Below are positions 55,501 through 55,630 of a DNA stretch of 55,630 bases, piece by piece; position 1 is the first letter of the stretch, and every line of letters starts with the position of its first letter. The position numbers were made by a program, and so were the translations under genes. This DNA comes from an uncultured bacterium (GTDB lineage: Bacteria > Verrucomicrobiota > Kiritimatiellia > PWTM01), in NCBI GenBank assembly GCA_937935255.1, contig CALGXT010000136.1, positions 1 through 55,630 on the forward strand. The letters are read 5' to 3'. The notes beneath the pieces were generated by a model. It saw only the letters and a list, made by a program, of their open reading frames with translations, made no database searches and had not been told where the DNA came from.

Positions 55501-55630
55501 ATGAAAAAATTGTTCGCGCCCGCGTTGTCGGCCCTGCTCGCCCTTGTTTTTTCAACGCCCGCCGCCCGCGCCGCCGGGCCGAACGACCTCGAGTTTCTCG
55601 AGGCCTTCGCCTGGGGCGATCGCGCCGCCG
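55501..55630 (+). CDS. Secreted protein, 5' partial (runs off the window)
   Basis: AAGGAG lies 7 nt upstream of the ATG. MKKLFAPALSALLALVFSTPAARA signal peptide. Confidence 0.6.
   Translation, partial: MKKLFAPALSALLALVFSTPAARAAGPNDLEFLEAFAWGDRAA

Overview
GC-rich (roughly two-thirds G+C by eye) bacterial chromosomal window. It holds about 46 supportable CDS, one tRNA-Arg(ACG), two intrinsic terminators and several repeat families. The gene content includes a Cys-type sulfatase, two large clan GH-A hydrolases with CBM-like modules, a PEP-CTERM protein, an NfnAB-type oxidoreductase and a Tat-DUF362/polyferredoxin pair. This suggests an anaerobic glycan degrader, possibly of the PVC group (inference only). 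Housekeeping blocks are gnd, smpB, lysS-lolCE-lolD, corA, a K+ channel, an MscS-family channel and deoA. Most noteworthy observations: (1) An intact RAYT/IS200-like Y1 transposase gene (75-1115) is bracketed by inverted copies of an AT-cored REP-like motif. A second locus (23589-23966) has three direct plus one inverted copy of the same motif around a decayed 3' remnant of a RAYT paralog. (2) An unrelated family of 28-32 bp palindromes occurs in five intergenic positions. (3) A 13.7 kb co-directional minus-strand cluster (39287-53039) joins a TonB2-type energizer set (DUF3450/TtpB-like, large MotA-ExbB/TtpC-like, ExbB, ExbD, TonB, TPR/TtpD-like) to an Oar-like TonB-dependent receptor, a secreted beta-helix-like protein, a helical-repeat protein, a small OM beta-barrel and an atypical OmpR-type regulator. 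(4) A 1.4 kb low-GC islet (37504-38927) encodes two secreted proteins, one with PEP-CTERM. (5) A paired 15-bp dyad with identical 32-bp phasing lies upstream of two secreted-protein genes 51 kb apart. (6) A ~190 bp intergenic segment is duplicated and sits next to an orphan intrinsic terminator (candidate sRNA). (7) smpB is translationally coupled to a YacP/Rae1-like NYN gene. (8) Gene-fragment relics lie at 54.6-55.3 kb. No CRISPR array, rRNA, prophage or recognisable defence system was seen. Many long ORFs in the track are antisense shadows typical of high-GC DNA.
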